Position numbers and translations under genes: made by a program. 64,000 nucleotides of DNA from Pyrodictiaceae archaeon (GTDB lineage: Archaea; Thermoproteota; Thermoprotei_A; Sulfolobales; Pyrodictiaceae). Numbering within the stretch: position 1 is the stretch's first letter; the number at the start of each line of letters is the position of its first letter. Below are positions 1 to 9,367 of the stretch, in pieces. The notes under the pieces were generated by a model. The model searched no databases, had not been told where the DNA came from, and saw nothing but the letters and a program-made list of their open reading frames with translations. The stretch is taken from the NCBI GenBank assembly GCA_027036135.1, contig JALVSY010000007.1:548880-612879 (forward strand). The letters are read 5' to 3'.

Positions 1-977
1 ATAGCCTCGCCGACCTCTCTCGTTGAGTGGTTCCCGCCTAGGTCGGGTGTCGTCATCCTCTTCCCCCATATCACCTTTTCTATTGACTCGCTGAGCGCCT
101 CAGCAATGACCAGTAGTTCTTGGTCGCCATGCTCTTGGCCGAGGTATTCTAGGAGGTACTGTGTAGCTCTTAGAGCCGATACGGGGTTAGCTATCCCCTT
201 ACCAGCTATATCCATGCCTGTTCCATGGATGGGCTCGAATAGTGCTCCTCTCTCCCCGAGCTGTGCGGAGGCGAACAAGCCTATGCTGCCAGCAATGGCT
301 GCTGCTATATCGCTCAGTATGTCTCCGTACTGGTTGAGCGCGACAAGCACGCCGAGCCCACTAGGGTTCTTGACAATATGGTAGGCAGCGCTATCGACCA
401 GCAAGTCCGTGGCCTCTACGCCGGGGTAGTTTCTCGCAGTGTTGTAGAACTCTTCGAGGAATAATCCATCAGTTGCACGGAGAACAGTAGCCTTATGTAC
501 AGCTATTACCCTTTTATACCCTAGTCTCTTTGCCTGCTCGAACCCGGTCCTAGCTATTCTCCGTGCAGCTCTCCGCGTAACAATCTTCAGCGCTACAGCA
601 ACGTCGCCGAACACGCCCTCGACTCCAGAGTATATTCCTTCGGAGCTCTCACGCACAATTACTAGGTGTGTGTTCTCTGTCTCGAATCTCCGGATATCAG
701 CGTAGATTCCTAGCAGTCTCCTTAGCTGGAGAGTTATGCTCCTATACCCGCCCCGGCTAGGGGTAGCCAATGGCCCCTTAATGACGGCGTCGGCGCTTAG
801 CACTAGTTCCTCGAACTCACTTGGATAGGGCTGCCCCGTCTCCTTATAGTAGGCTAGCCCCGCCTCTACGCGGACAAGCTCTATGCTATCTATACCCGAG
901 AGCAACTTCTCAGCGAAAACCATTATCTCGGGGCCGACACCGTCGCCGGGGATCAGTACTACACGGTACCGGGGCAT
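1..977 (-). CDS. Isocitrate/homoisocitrate/isopropylmalate dehydrogenase family protein (3' end runs off window)
   Basis: Not in the ORF track. Manual translation from ATG at 977 gives MPRYRVVLIPGDGVGPEI; later FEPIHGTGMDIAGKGIANP and TPDLGG motifs. Confidence 0.9.
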   Translation of the reverse strand, partial: MPRYRVVLIPGDGVGPEIMVFAEKLLSGIDSIELVRVEAGLAYYKETGQPYPSEFEELVLSADAVIKGPLATPSRGGYRSITLQLRRLLGIYADIRRFETENTHLVIVRESSEGIYSGVEGVFGDVAVALKIVTRRAARRIARTGFEQAKRLGYKRVIAVHKATVLRATDGLFLEEFYNTARNYPGVEATDLLVDSAAYHIVKNPSGLGVLVALNQYGDILSDIAAAIAGSIGLFASAQLGERGALFEPIHGTGMDIAGKGIANPVSALRATQYLLEYLGQEHGDQELLVIAEALSESIEKVIWGKRMTTPDLGGNHSTREVGEA

Positions 978-983
978 CGCTTC

Positions 984-1496
984 TCACCATGGTAGCCTCC
1001 CATGCCTCTTAACGTACTCAACGAGTCCGCCTGCCCTAAGTATGCTGAGCAACGGCTCCTCTAGCCCAGCGACTCGCTCCACGACGCCCCGTGTAACATT
1101 AGTCACTATGCCCTCCTCAATCCTGACCTCAACGATGTCTCCCTGCTCCGTGACATCGGGGACCCTCTTAGCAACTATGACGGGCAGCCCAGAGTTAATA
1201 GCATTCCTATAGAATATCCTGTGAAAGCTCTTAGCCATGACCGCCCCGATGTCAATCATTTTTAGTAGCCTAGCGGCGTGCTCCCTGCTACTTCCATAGC
1301 CAAAGCCCTCGCCAGCAACAATCACGTCACCGGGGCGCACCTTCTCGTAGAACCCGGGAATGACGTCAGCAAACACGTAGGGGAGCATGTCTTCTAAGCG
1401 CCCCATCTTACTATACTTGTACTTCCCGCTAATGATGTGATCCGTGGTAATGTTGTCTCCCAGGACCCATGCCCTGCCACGAACAACAAGGCTCAT
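984..1496 (-). CDS. leuD: LeuD/HacB-family dehydratase (aconitase-like) small subunit
   Basis: DNITTDHII, FGYGSSREHA and RIFYRNAINSGL motifs. Confidence 0.9.
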   Translation of the reverse strand: MSLVVRGRAWVLGDNITTDHIISGKYKYSKMGRLEDMLPYVFADVIPGFYEKVRPGDVIVAGEGFGYGSSREHAARLLKMIDIGAVMAKSFHRIFYRNAINSGLPVIVAKRVPDVTEQGDIVEVRIEEGIVTNVTRGVVERVAGLEEPLLSILRAGGLVEYVKRHGRLPW

Positions 1497-1527
1497 AGCC
1501 TGCTCATCCCTAGGGCAATGATTGGTC

Positions 1528-2796
1528 TTAGATGAGGCTTCTTGGGTCAGTTATTCTACCCGTTACCGCCGCCGCGGCAGCAGTTAACGGGCTAGCCAGG
1601 TAGACCTTGGAGTCGCGGTGCCCCATTCTCCCAACAAAGTTCCGGTTACTAGTACTGATAGCAGTCTCGCCCTCGCCTAGTAGGCCGAAGTGGGCACCGA
1701 GGCACGGGCCACATGTACCATATGTTACTACACACCCAGCTTCCGCGAGAACATCTATTATCCCATCCCTAGATAGTTCTTGGAAGACGCGCCTAGATGC
1801 TGGCACAGCTATGCATCTCACACTCTCCCGTACATGGTGCCTCCTAAGTATGCGCGCAGCGGCCACGAAGTCCTCGTAGCGCCCATTAGTACAGCTCCCA
1901 ATGAACACCTGGTCCACCTCTATCCCCTCTACCTCGGCTACTGCTTTGACATTGTCTACCCTTGGCGGCGCAGCGACGAGGGGCTCTAGGCTACCCAGCT
2001 CCAGTTCTAGCTCATCACTGTACTCCGCGCTGGCATCAGGGTAGAGCCTTGGAGCCTCAACATCATATTTCTCTAGGAGTGTCTTGGCGGTGAGCTCGTC
2101 TACTGGGAAGAGGCCGAGCTTAGCCCCGGCCTCAACAACCATGTTGCTAACTGTGAGCCTTGCCGCGAGGCTGAGTGCCTCCAAGTCGCCCTGAAACTCG
2201 AGAGCCTTATAGATGGCACCGTTAGCGCCCAGCACGGATACGAGTTTCAGGGCGACATCCTTTCCCATAACGCCTCGCGGTAGCTCAGCACCGCTAAGCC
2301 TTACACGCACCTGCTCGGGTACACGTATCCAAGCCTTACCGGAGACAGCTGCTACAGCAGCATCAGTGCTACCGACACCGGTAGCAAAGGAGCCAACTGC
2401 GCCAAGGGTAACTGTGTGGCTATCAGCGCCAAGGATTATTCTCCAAGGCCGTGCATAGCCCTCCTCAACCATCACCTGGTGACTAATACCCCGGCCAACA
2501 TCGTGTAGCCTAACTCCATGCTTCTTGGCGAATCTTCTCATCTCTTGGTGGACCAGGGCAGCAGCCACACTAGGAGCAGGCGCTGCATGGTCTATGAATA
2601 GTATAAGCCTTCCCGGATCGACCTGGTCCTCCATGCCCATTTCCCGGAGAACACGTAGCGCCAAAGGAAAGGTACCATCATGCATATAGACGTAGTCGAT
2701 AGGAACCACTACATGTTCCCCGGGTGACGGCGCCTTACCCAGCCTCTTAGCCAGAATCTTCTCAGTCATAGTAAGGGCTGGCAACGCAGTGCTCAC
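1528..2796 (-). CDS. leuC: LeuC/HacA-family dehydratase (aconitase-like) large subunit
   Basis: GADSHT, IGSCTNGR, CGPCLG and STSNRNF motifs. Confidence 0.92.
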   Translation of the reverse strand: MSTALPALTMTEKILAKRLGKAPSPGEHVVVPIDYVYMHDGTFPLALRVLREMGMEDQVDPGRLILFIDHAAPAPSVAAALVHQEMRRFAKKHGVRLHDVGRGISHQVMVEEGYARPWRIILGADSHTVTLGAVGSFATGVGSTDAAVAAVSGKAWIRVPEQVRVRLSGAELPRGVMGKDVALKLVSVLGANGAIYKALEFQGDLEALSLAARLTVSNMVVEAGAKLGLFPVDELTAKTLLEKYDVEAPRLYPDASAEYSDELELELGSLEPLVAAPPRVDNVKAVAEVEGIEVDQVFIGSCTNGRYEDFVAAARILRRHHVRESVRCIAVPASRRVFQELSRDGIIDVLAEAGCVVTYGTCGPCLGAHFGLLGEGETAISTSNRNFVGRMGHRDSKVYLASPLTAAAAAVTGRITDPRSLI

Positions 2797-4064
2797 TCCC
2801 CCATCGTTATCTCGGGGAAGTACCTGGTAGCTATCTCGTAGAGCTCCTCGTCGCTAAGCGAGCCCTGCTTCTCCCCCCTCTCATAGAGCCCAACAATCTC
2901 CTCGTGCATAGCTGCTACACGTGGATCATTCTTGTCAACTCTCTTCCCCACCTCAGGGAACCTGAGGCGGAGCCAGGCAACAATCGCTGCACGGCCACCA
3001 TACGCGTTAACCTCTATGCCGGGACGGCGCCCGACAAGACTAGGGTTGAAAGGCAAGTATATCTCCGGGTTCTTGAGCAAACCATCAATATGTATACCGG
3101 CCTTGGTGTTGAACACGTTACGGCCAACAATCGGCTGAAACTCTGGGACACGGTACCCGATCTCCTCAAAGAACCTAGCTACCCGGGGCAACACGGAGAG
3201 ATCTACATCGCCGCTACGCCCGGTCAAGCCAACGTAGTGAACAAGCATTACCTCTAATGGGCAGTTCCCAGCCCTCTCGCCTATACCGAAGAGCGTGCAG
3301 TTACTGTAATCGGCGCCGTAAATCCACGCAGCAAGGTGATTGGCCACGACGAGGCCGAAATCGTTATGCCCATGAAACTCTAGCTGGTGCGAGCCAAGCC
3401 CCAGCTCCCTGAGCCTCCTTATGAGCGCTGGTATTCCCCGTGGGAGGGGAACATCCGGGTACGGGAGGCCAAGCCCAAGGGTATCGGAGAGTCTGAACCG
3501 GATAGGTGTCCCGTACTCCTCGCTAAGCCTCAGAAGCCTCTCCACAAGAGGCCTAATGTTTGTCTCGAAGCTGGCCCGCGTCACGTCCTCGAGGGCGCAG
3601 CGAACAGTTATTCCCCTGCGAAGGGCCTCACCAATAACACTAACATACTTCTCCAACGCCCGCTGTCGATCAACGCCGAGCTTGTAGTAGATATGGTAAT
3701 CACTTATACTAGCAAGGATAATTGTCTCGTCAAACCCTGCCTCAAGCACGAGCCTCAAGTCATTAAAACTAGACCTTATCCACGCCACCGGCCTAGGCCT
3801 CTCAGCGCCATACTCTTGTATACGCCTAGCTAGCTCCCTGTCACGACTAGTATAGAGAAACAACTCCGTAGACTCTATAGCGCCCCTGCCGCCGAGCTCT
3901 ACGAGGAACTCGTATATCCTCAACCCCTCCTCGACACGCAGCGGCCTCCAACCCTGTTGCCCATCCCTAAGCGTGGTATCGGTAACAGCGAGCCTACGCC
4001 CAGCAAGTAACCCGTCAACGGGTATACGGGGGAAATCACTGTACGGAAAAACATCGTGGAACAA
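2793..4064 (-). CDS. DRE-TIM acyltransferase (homocitrate/isopropylmalate synthase superfamily), Re-citrate-synthase-like
   Basis: DTTLRDGQQ, SDYHI, EDVTRA, HGHNDFG and GERAGN motifs; no regulatory domain. Confidence 0.8.
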   Translation of the reverse strand: MFHDVFPYSDFPRIPVDGLLAGRRLAVTDTTLRDGQQGWRPLRVEEGLRIYEFLVELGGRGAIESTELFLYTSRDRELARRIQEYGAERPRPVAWIRSSFNDLRLVLEAGFDETIILASISDYHIYYKLGVDRQRALEKYVSVIGEALRRGITVRCALEDVTRASFETNIRPLVERLLRLSEEYGTPIRFRLSDTLGLGLPYPDVPLPRGIPALIRRLRELGLGSHQLEFHGHNDFGLVVANHLAAWIYGADYSNCTLFGIGERAGNCPLEVMLVHYVGLTGRSGDVDLSVLPRVARFFEEIGYRVPEFQPIVGRNVFNTKAGIHIDGLLKNPEIYLPFNPSLVGRRPGIEVNAYGGRAAIVAWLRLRFPEVGKRVDKNDPRVAAMHEEIVGLYERGEKQGSLSDEELYEIATRYFPEITMGE

Positions 4065-4434
4065 CCTAGCTTCTCCAAGCCTATCCCTATGCCGACTTAA
4101 TGCAGAGCCACCCCGCTCACATCTAATCCGATGCGAACTCTATGCGGCAAGAAGCGCCCAGTGCAGGGAATAAAGACACAAACCGTGATAGAGGGTACGA
4201 ATCCAAGTAAAATCTCTAAGAAAAACCGTACCAGAAACGTACACCGAGCATGAAACGCAGAGGAAGAAATTCACCCGGATTAATGAAACAATACGAAGTA
4301 GATCCGCACCACTCCACAAGCACGCAGCATATAGGATGAATTAATAACGTATTAGCATCGGCTAGAGGAAAGAGAACTAGAGAACAAGAAAGAAGATACA
4401 AAAGATCCCGGAAACCTTACTAGCTCTACTAGTT

Positions 4435-4518
4435 AAAGGGATGAAGAACTTTCGGTCGCCCCGAGGCAGTGCCACGGGGCGTATATGTGGTGAGGAATTT
4501 TCCTCCCCCTGACCCTTT
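4435..4518 (+). ncRNA. Candidate C/D-box guide sRNA
   Basis: Terminal stem AAAGGG/CCCTTT, C box ATGAAGA (4441), D' CCGA (4461), C' GTGAGGA (4490), D CTGA (4509); guides of about 12-13 nt. Confidence 0.6.
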
Positions 4519-4661
4519 GTTTCCAATTCACTATACTTCATAACTGTTGATATTATGGTGCGGCAGTAAACTAGAATGAGTGATGTGTTTCTTGATCAGC
4601 GTTATTATTGTCCTATTATATTAATTAGTGTGGGTCCCTCTCCGACTAAAATGGTGGGGCT

Positions 4662-4934
4662 ATGGCTCTTCGTGTTAAGGTCGATGAGAAGGGTAGGATA
4701 ACGTTACCTAAGGAAGTGCGTGTGGCACTTGGTATAAGACCGGGGGATGAATTGTCAATAGATATTGTTGGAGAGAAAATAGTTATTGAGAAGAGTACTA
4801 ACCCCTTTGAGAAGCTAGGCAAGCTCCTCGGCGATATATCGTTTAGTAGGAAATTACGTCTCGTGGCTGAGCAAGAGGCTCTGAAGAGCATTAGGGAGAG
4901 GCTGAGTAAAAATGCCGAGGAAGTATCTGCTTGA
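4662..4934 (+). CDS. AbrB/MazE/SpoVT-family antitoxin
   Basis: VKVDEKGRITLPKEVRVALGIRPGD; overlaps the PIN gene. Confidence 0.9.
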   Translation: MALRVKVDEKGRITLPKEVRVALGIRPGDELSIDIVGEKIVIEKSTNPFEKLGKLLGDISFSRKLRLVAEQEALKSIRERLSKNAEEVSA

Positions 4935-5328
4935 GACGGGCTTCCTATTAGCTCTTAACCCCAATGATAGGAATCATGATTGGGCTATGGAAGTCCTTAA
5001 CAAAGCCAGGGAAGGAGGATTCAAAATCTGTATATCGCCAGCTGCACCGATAGAGATTTCGCTGATGTTAAGAAGCAGAGGAGTGAGTGATGACATTATA
5101 GCAGAGGTGTTCAAGGCAATGGATGACGCAATAAGTCTTTATACAGAACCAGAGTATTGTAGCCTAACGCTAAGACACCTTGCTTATGCCGCGGAGCTAC
5201 GATCGAAGTACCGAGGCTTGACCTTCTTTGATTCAGTGCATGCTGCGATAGCCATTACTAATAGGCTAATATATCTTGATCTAGACACTGTCGTACGAAA
5301 AGTAGTTGAGTCTGAAATGGGGCACTAA
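4912..5328 (+). CDS. PIN-domain (VapC) toxin
   Basis: LLETGFL and LTFFDSVHAAIA PIN motifs. Confidence 0.85.
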   Translation: MPRKYLLETGFLLALNPNDRNHDWAMEVLNKAREGGFKICISPAAPIEISLMLRSRGVSDDIIAEVFKAMDDAISLYTEPEYCSLTLRHLAYAAELRSKYRGLTFFDSVHAAIAITNRLIYLDLDTVVRKVVESEMGH

Positions 5329-5392
5329 TGTAGAGCTTGTATAGCCTCCTATATGTTGGGAGCGCAAAAGTAAGCAATTGTGGCACAAGATC

Positions 5393-6187
5393 TTAGCTTC
5401 CAATTATTAGTGGGTCTGTACTCGTTATCCTCCTTAGGAGCTCTATTACTGAGAGTGCTGCTAGCCAGCTCGTCCTCGGATTAGTCTTGCTGGGCACATT
5501 CTCTACCCTTATCTCTATCCGTGAAGCCTTTGACTCGACTAGTATTATGTGAGTGTTCCTCTCGACACTGGGGTCAACTATTACTTCTACTTCGGCTTCT
5601 TTGCCCGCTGCTAGGCTTAGGGCTGCAGCGACGTTGACGTTGAAGGGGAATCGCTTCACGGCCTCCCTCGCGGGGCCGTGGTAGAGTACTTTTCTCTCCT
5701 TGGCCTCGATGCCTAAGCTTCTCGGCGGCTTAATAGTCCTCAGCACTACCCTGTCTATGCCTACTGTTCTTAGTGCCCTCACAGCGTCTAGCCCAGCTAT
5801 TGCCCCCGTGGGCGCGTATATCTTGGCCCCGGTCTTCTTAGCGGTGGCTACGAGTTTTTCTCTTAGCTCGTCGTCGAGTAGTGCTCCAACGCTTAGGATC
5901 ACGAGGTTTATCCCGTGGGAGAGTATCTCTTCGCCGTACTGTCTTACTGCTTCCTGGCTAGCAGCCTCTATTACATAGTCCATGCTGTGTTCTAGGAACT
6001 CTTTGAGCGAGGTAGTGATCGGTACTTCTTTCCCTAGCCTCTCTTTTAGCTTCTCGCACTTCTCGGGATAAATATCCATCATTACTACTAGGTCTGCGTC
6101 CACAATGCCGCTGCCGAGGGCCCCGACGATCTCTGAGGCTATTGCGCCGCACCCTATGAGGCCTATGCAGGGCCTAGCATTGTTCAA
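5393..6187 (-). CDS. nadX: L-aspartate dehydrogenase
   Basis: IGCGAI, EAASQ, GAIAGLD, FPFNVNVAA and NPRTS motifs; in the nad operon. Confidence 0.93.
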   Translation of the reverse strand: MNNARPCIGLIGCGAIASEIVGALGSGIVDADLVVMMDIYPEKCEKLKERLGKEVPITTSLKEFLEHSMDYVIEAASQEAVRQYGEEILSHGINLVILSVGALLDDELREKLVATAKKTGAKIYAPTGAIAGLDAVRALRTVGIDRVVLRTIKPPRSLGIEAKERKVLYHGPAREAVKRFPFNVNVAAALSLAAGKEAEVEVIVDPSVERNTHIILVESKASRIEIRVENVPSKTNPRTSWLAALSVIELLRRITSTDPLIIGS

Positions 6188-7055
6188 CTCTCTTCATCTC
6201 CGCGGAGAGATCGATTCTCTCCGGGTGGTAGAAGGGATAACTGGTACTAATCACGTCTACCCCGCTCGCGGCGTACACGGCTATGTTCCAGGGCCCTATA
6301 CCGCCACTAGCCTCCACCAATACCTTGTCGCGTAGCCCGCTCTCCTCGAGCAAGCGGAGAGCCTGCCTAACCTCGTCCGGGGACATGTTGTCCAGCATGA
6401 CTATGTCTGCTCCGAGCCTCGCAGCAAGCACGGCATCCTCGGGCCTAGACACCTCAACCTCTAGTTTGTGTGCAAAGCTCTTCCTCTCAACAGCTCTCCT
6501 CAGGGCTTCCTCGAGGCTACCTATTATCTCCACGTGGCTATCCTTGACTATGAGTGCATCGCTTAGTCCCCAGCGGTGGGTGTCGCCTCCACCGTGGCGG
6601 AAGGCTAGCTTGGCGCAGAGCCGGAACCCTGGGGGAGTCTTGCGAGTAGCGGCTACTCTTACCCTACTGTTAAGCCTTCTAGCCATTAGTACGAGGCGCT
6701 GCGTAGCAGTAGCAATACCCGAGGCATACATGAGTAAGTCGAGCAGAGTTCTCTCAAGCAACAAGAGGTCGCGCGCACTCCCGCGTATGCGCATAACTAC
6801 GTTTCCTTCGTGGAACCATTGCCCGCTCTCAACGTGCTCGAGTACCCGTAGGCCGAGAAGCTCCAGGGCCTCAGCGGCCTCGGAAGTACAGGAGGCGACA
6901 CCACTGCTCTTAGCCCTTATAATCATCTCTGCACAGTCATCGCGTATGCCGAGAGCCTCGGTGGTAGCATCAATGTAGGGCGCGTCCTCCTTTATCCAGT
7001 GAAGCAGCTCCTCCGCTATCCTCCGGGACCAGAGCCCCGGGGACAGCCTCGTCAA
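6174..7055 (-). CDS. nadC: Quinolinate phosphoribosyltransferase
   Basis: TRKTPPG, HRWGLSD, EVEV, MLDNM and EASGGI motifs. Confidence 0.93.
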   Translation of the reverse strand: MTRLSPGLWSRRIAEELLHWIKEDAPYIDATTEALGIRDDCAEMIIRAKSSGVASCTSEAAEALELLGLRVLEHVESGQWFHEGNVVMRIRGSARDLLLLERTLLDLLMYASGIATATQRLVLMARRLNSRVRVAATRKTPPGFRLCAKLAFRHGGGDTHRWGLSDALIVKDSHVEIIGSLEEALRRAVERKSFAHKLEVEVSRPEDAVLAARLGADIVMLDNMSPDEVRQALRLLEESGLRDKVLVEASGGIGPWNIAVYAASGVDVISTSYPFYHPERIDLSAEMKRVEQC

Positions 7056-7124
7056 GGCTGCGGCACCACCTAGCGGGCAAGGAGACCTTCAGTGGAGAGA
7101 CGCGCATGTGTGGAATCCACCGTG

Positions 7125-8072
7125 TTATTTCCTCGGCTTCTTGCCTACTAGCTCTAGTCCCCTCTCAACAGCTTCCCGTGCCCTCTTCGCTATATTGCTT
7201 GGTATCTCTACTTGGGGCTTCAGTGTCTCTAAGCTGTGGACTATCTTCTCTAGAGTGATCTTCTTCATGTCTATGCAGACTGTCCGTACTGATACAGGAT
7301 AGATAGTAGCCTCTGGGTAGAGACGCTTAGCCCGGTAGGCGAGGCCCTCCTCGGTCCCAATTATGTAGGAGCCCTTGGGGTCTGTGCGGCCTATGTAGCG
7401 GAGCATCTGGCTAGTACTACCAATATACTCTGCGAGCCTGCGAGCTTCGCGAGGCGCCTCGGGGTGTACTAGTACTCGTGCCTCGGGGTGCTGCTCCTTC
7501 GCGAGTCTAACGTAGTACCCGCTCACAAGGTACTCGTGAACCGGGCAACGACCATGCCTCGGTACCGGGATTACTTGTTTCTCGGGCACGTTTTCCTGGA
7601 CCCATTCGGCGAGGTTCTTATCGGGCGCGAAGAGTACCTTCTCAGCCTCGAGCCTCTTCACGGCATCTATGGCCGAGGCACTGGTGACCACGTAGTCTGC
7701 CTCCGCCTTGGCCTCCACATAAGAGTTCACATAGATAACGAGGGGCGCACCGGGATGCTCCTGCTTAGCCTCGCGGAGCAGCCTAGGAGTCGCGAAGCTG
7801 GCTAGTGGGCACCCAGCAGCGGGCTCGGGGTGAAGAACTATGCGGTCAGGGTTAAGGAGCTTAGCAACCTCTGCCATGAAGCGTACCCCGGCCAAGACTA
7901 TTACGTCTGCCTCGGTCTCCATAGCCTTTATCGCTAGCTCGAGGCTATCCCCAACATAATCAGCGGCATCCTGTATCTCCGGGAGCATATAGTTATGTGC
8001 AAGGATTACTGCTCGTCGCTCACGCTTAAGCTTCTCAAGCCTGTCAAGGAGCATTTTAACATAAGTACTCAC
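7125..8072 (-). CDS. nadA: Quinolinate synthase
   Basis: LAHNY, GDSLEL, AGCPLA, YVNS, HPE and CIDMK motifs. Confidence 0.95.
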   Translation of the reverse strand: MSTYVKMLLDRLEKLKRERRAVILAHNYMLPEIQDAADYVGDSLELAIKAMETEADVIVLAGVRFMAEVAKLLNPDRIVLHPEPAAGCPLASFATPRLLREAKQEHPGAPLVIYVNSYVEAKAEADYVVTSASAIDAVKRLEAEKVLFAPDKNLAEWVQENVPEKQVIPVPRHGRCPVHEYLVSGYYVRLAKEQHPEARVLVHPEAPREARRLAEYIGSTSQMLRYIGRTDPKGSYIIGTEEGLAYRAKRLYPEATIYPVSVRTVCIDMKKITLEKIVHSLETLKPQVEIPSNIAKRAREAVERGLELVGKKPRK

Positions 8073-8176
8073 TATTTACACCCAAGTTAAACACGCAGCC
8101 CAGGCCCAATAATAAGAACGGCGGTATCTAAGCCTGCCAACTAGATGAGGACCATTCACGGAGGAGGCGATTAGCC

Positions 8177-8479
8177 ATGGATGCGATAAGCCGCCTAGTA
8201 GACACCGTGTATACTGCCCTCAGCGTGGTGAGGAATGCCTGCAGAGACCCATGTACTAGGACTATTTGCGAAGAACTAGAGGATGCACTAATGCTCCTCC
8301 TAGACGAGGCTGGCGACACGGAGCAAGTAGCACCAATGGCTCTCCGCGCCGTGGAGCAAGCGGCAACGGCTCTTACAGAGGCAGCAGAGAAGGCTAGGAG
8401 GAATGGCTGTAGCCGCGCAGCAGTATTGTTCGAGCAGGCCGCGGAGCTTCTACGCAGCATAATACATAGTACCGTATAA
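8177..8479 (+). CDS. Hypothetical helical protein
   Basis: ATG with GGAGG upstream; Ala/Glu-rich with 4 Cys; host-like codon usage. Confidence 0.6.
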   Translation: MDAISRLVDTVYTALSVVRNACRDPCTRTICEELEDALMLLLDEAGDTEQVAPMALRAVEQAATALTEAAEKARRNGCSRAAVLFEQAAELLRSIIHSTV

Positions 8480-8574
8480 TTGAATACTATGGGGATAGGC
8501 TTATATAGAAGACTATAACCTATACTAGCCAGGAATACAGAGTAGCAATACTCCGCATATAATGGTGATATAAA

Positions 8575-9107
8575 ATGGTAGATGATATATATATATATCT
8601 AGGAGAAAATTTCTAAGCGGCCTCATTGCCTCATCAGCTTTAGTATTTCTATCCCCTATAGTTTCAACCGCTAGAAGTCTTAAGCCGCAAGAAAACGCTG
8701 GCCTAAAGATTGAAACCTCTATCGAGGGTGTGAAGGAATTTAACTTTGACCTCTATAAGCTACTCTACATAAAAAGCCATACCATAGTATCCCTTAAGGG
8801 ATTAAAGAAATATGATGCCAAGGTATCAGCTTTTACTCTAAGAGGCATTGTAAATGGTATGATGGAGCCTTCTATATTGTTTATAGATGAGAGCACTAGT
8901 GGTAAAACAACTATAATAGCCTATGCTGATGATGAGGAATACATGATAAAAAGCATTAATAAATCACAGCCTACCACTAAGAAAGTAATACTATCATTAC
9001 TAAACTCTATAGAAAGTGAAGCATCAAATAAAGGATTTAAAAAGCTAGTTAGATACATTGATATAATAAAGAAAAGTATAGAAGTAATTAAAGGTGATAC
9101 CCTATGA
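8575..9107 (+). CDS. Putative Tat-exported protein; N-terminus disconnected from its ATG by an (AT)7 tract (ORF track starts at 8730)
   Basis: The frame of 8730 extends upstream to 8598 as SRRKFLSGLIASSALVFLSPIVSTA. ATG 8575 (GGTGA upstream) comes into frame if one AT unit is removed. Confidence 0.65.
8585..8598. repeat. (AT)7 microsatellite
   Basis: ATATATATATATAT between ATG 8575 and the twin-arginine codons. Confidence 0.85.
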
Positions 9108-9364
9108 CAAGCAAGGACGAGTTAAAAGCATTTTATATCGAAGAAAAAGATGTAGATGCCTATAATACACTATTTAGTAGAATTAGTGATATTGATGATC
9201 TTGATAAGAGTCCTAATATAGAGCCGGAGACATTTGTTGCACCAGTTACGGCAATTGTCTATGTAATAGGTCTTCATGATGTGATTATTGCTTTGAACTA
9301 CGGATTTTATGTTAACGCAGCCGTATATGAAAACTTATATAAATGGGTTCATGTATGGGGATAA
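9104..9364 (+). CDS. Putative RiPP precursor peptide (acidic leader plus hydrophobic NX5N core)
   Basis: 86 aa; leader rich in D/E; core FVAPVTAIVYVIGLHDVIIALNYGFYVNAAVYENLYKWVHVWG; GGTGA SD; ends 3 nt before the radical SAM gene. Confidence 0.8.
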   Translation: MTSKDELKAFYIEEKDVDAYNTLFSRISDIDDLDKSPNIEPETFVAPVTAIVYVIGLHDVIIALNYGFYVNAAVYENLYKWVHVWG

Positions 9365-9367
9365 GCT

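Noticed and set aside
6283-6978. Long antisense or alternate-frame ORFs (also 16124..16651, 29003..29581, 40044..40640, 48092..48724)
   Set aside because: They overlap well-supported genes and have the biased composition typical of shadow ORFs.
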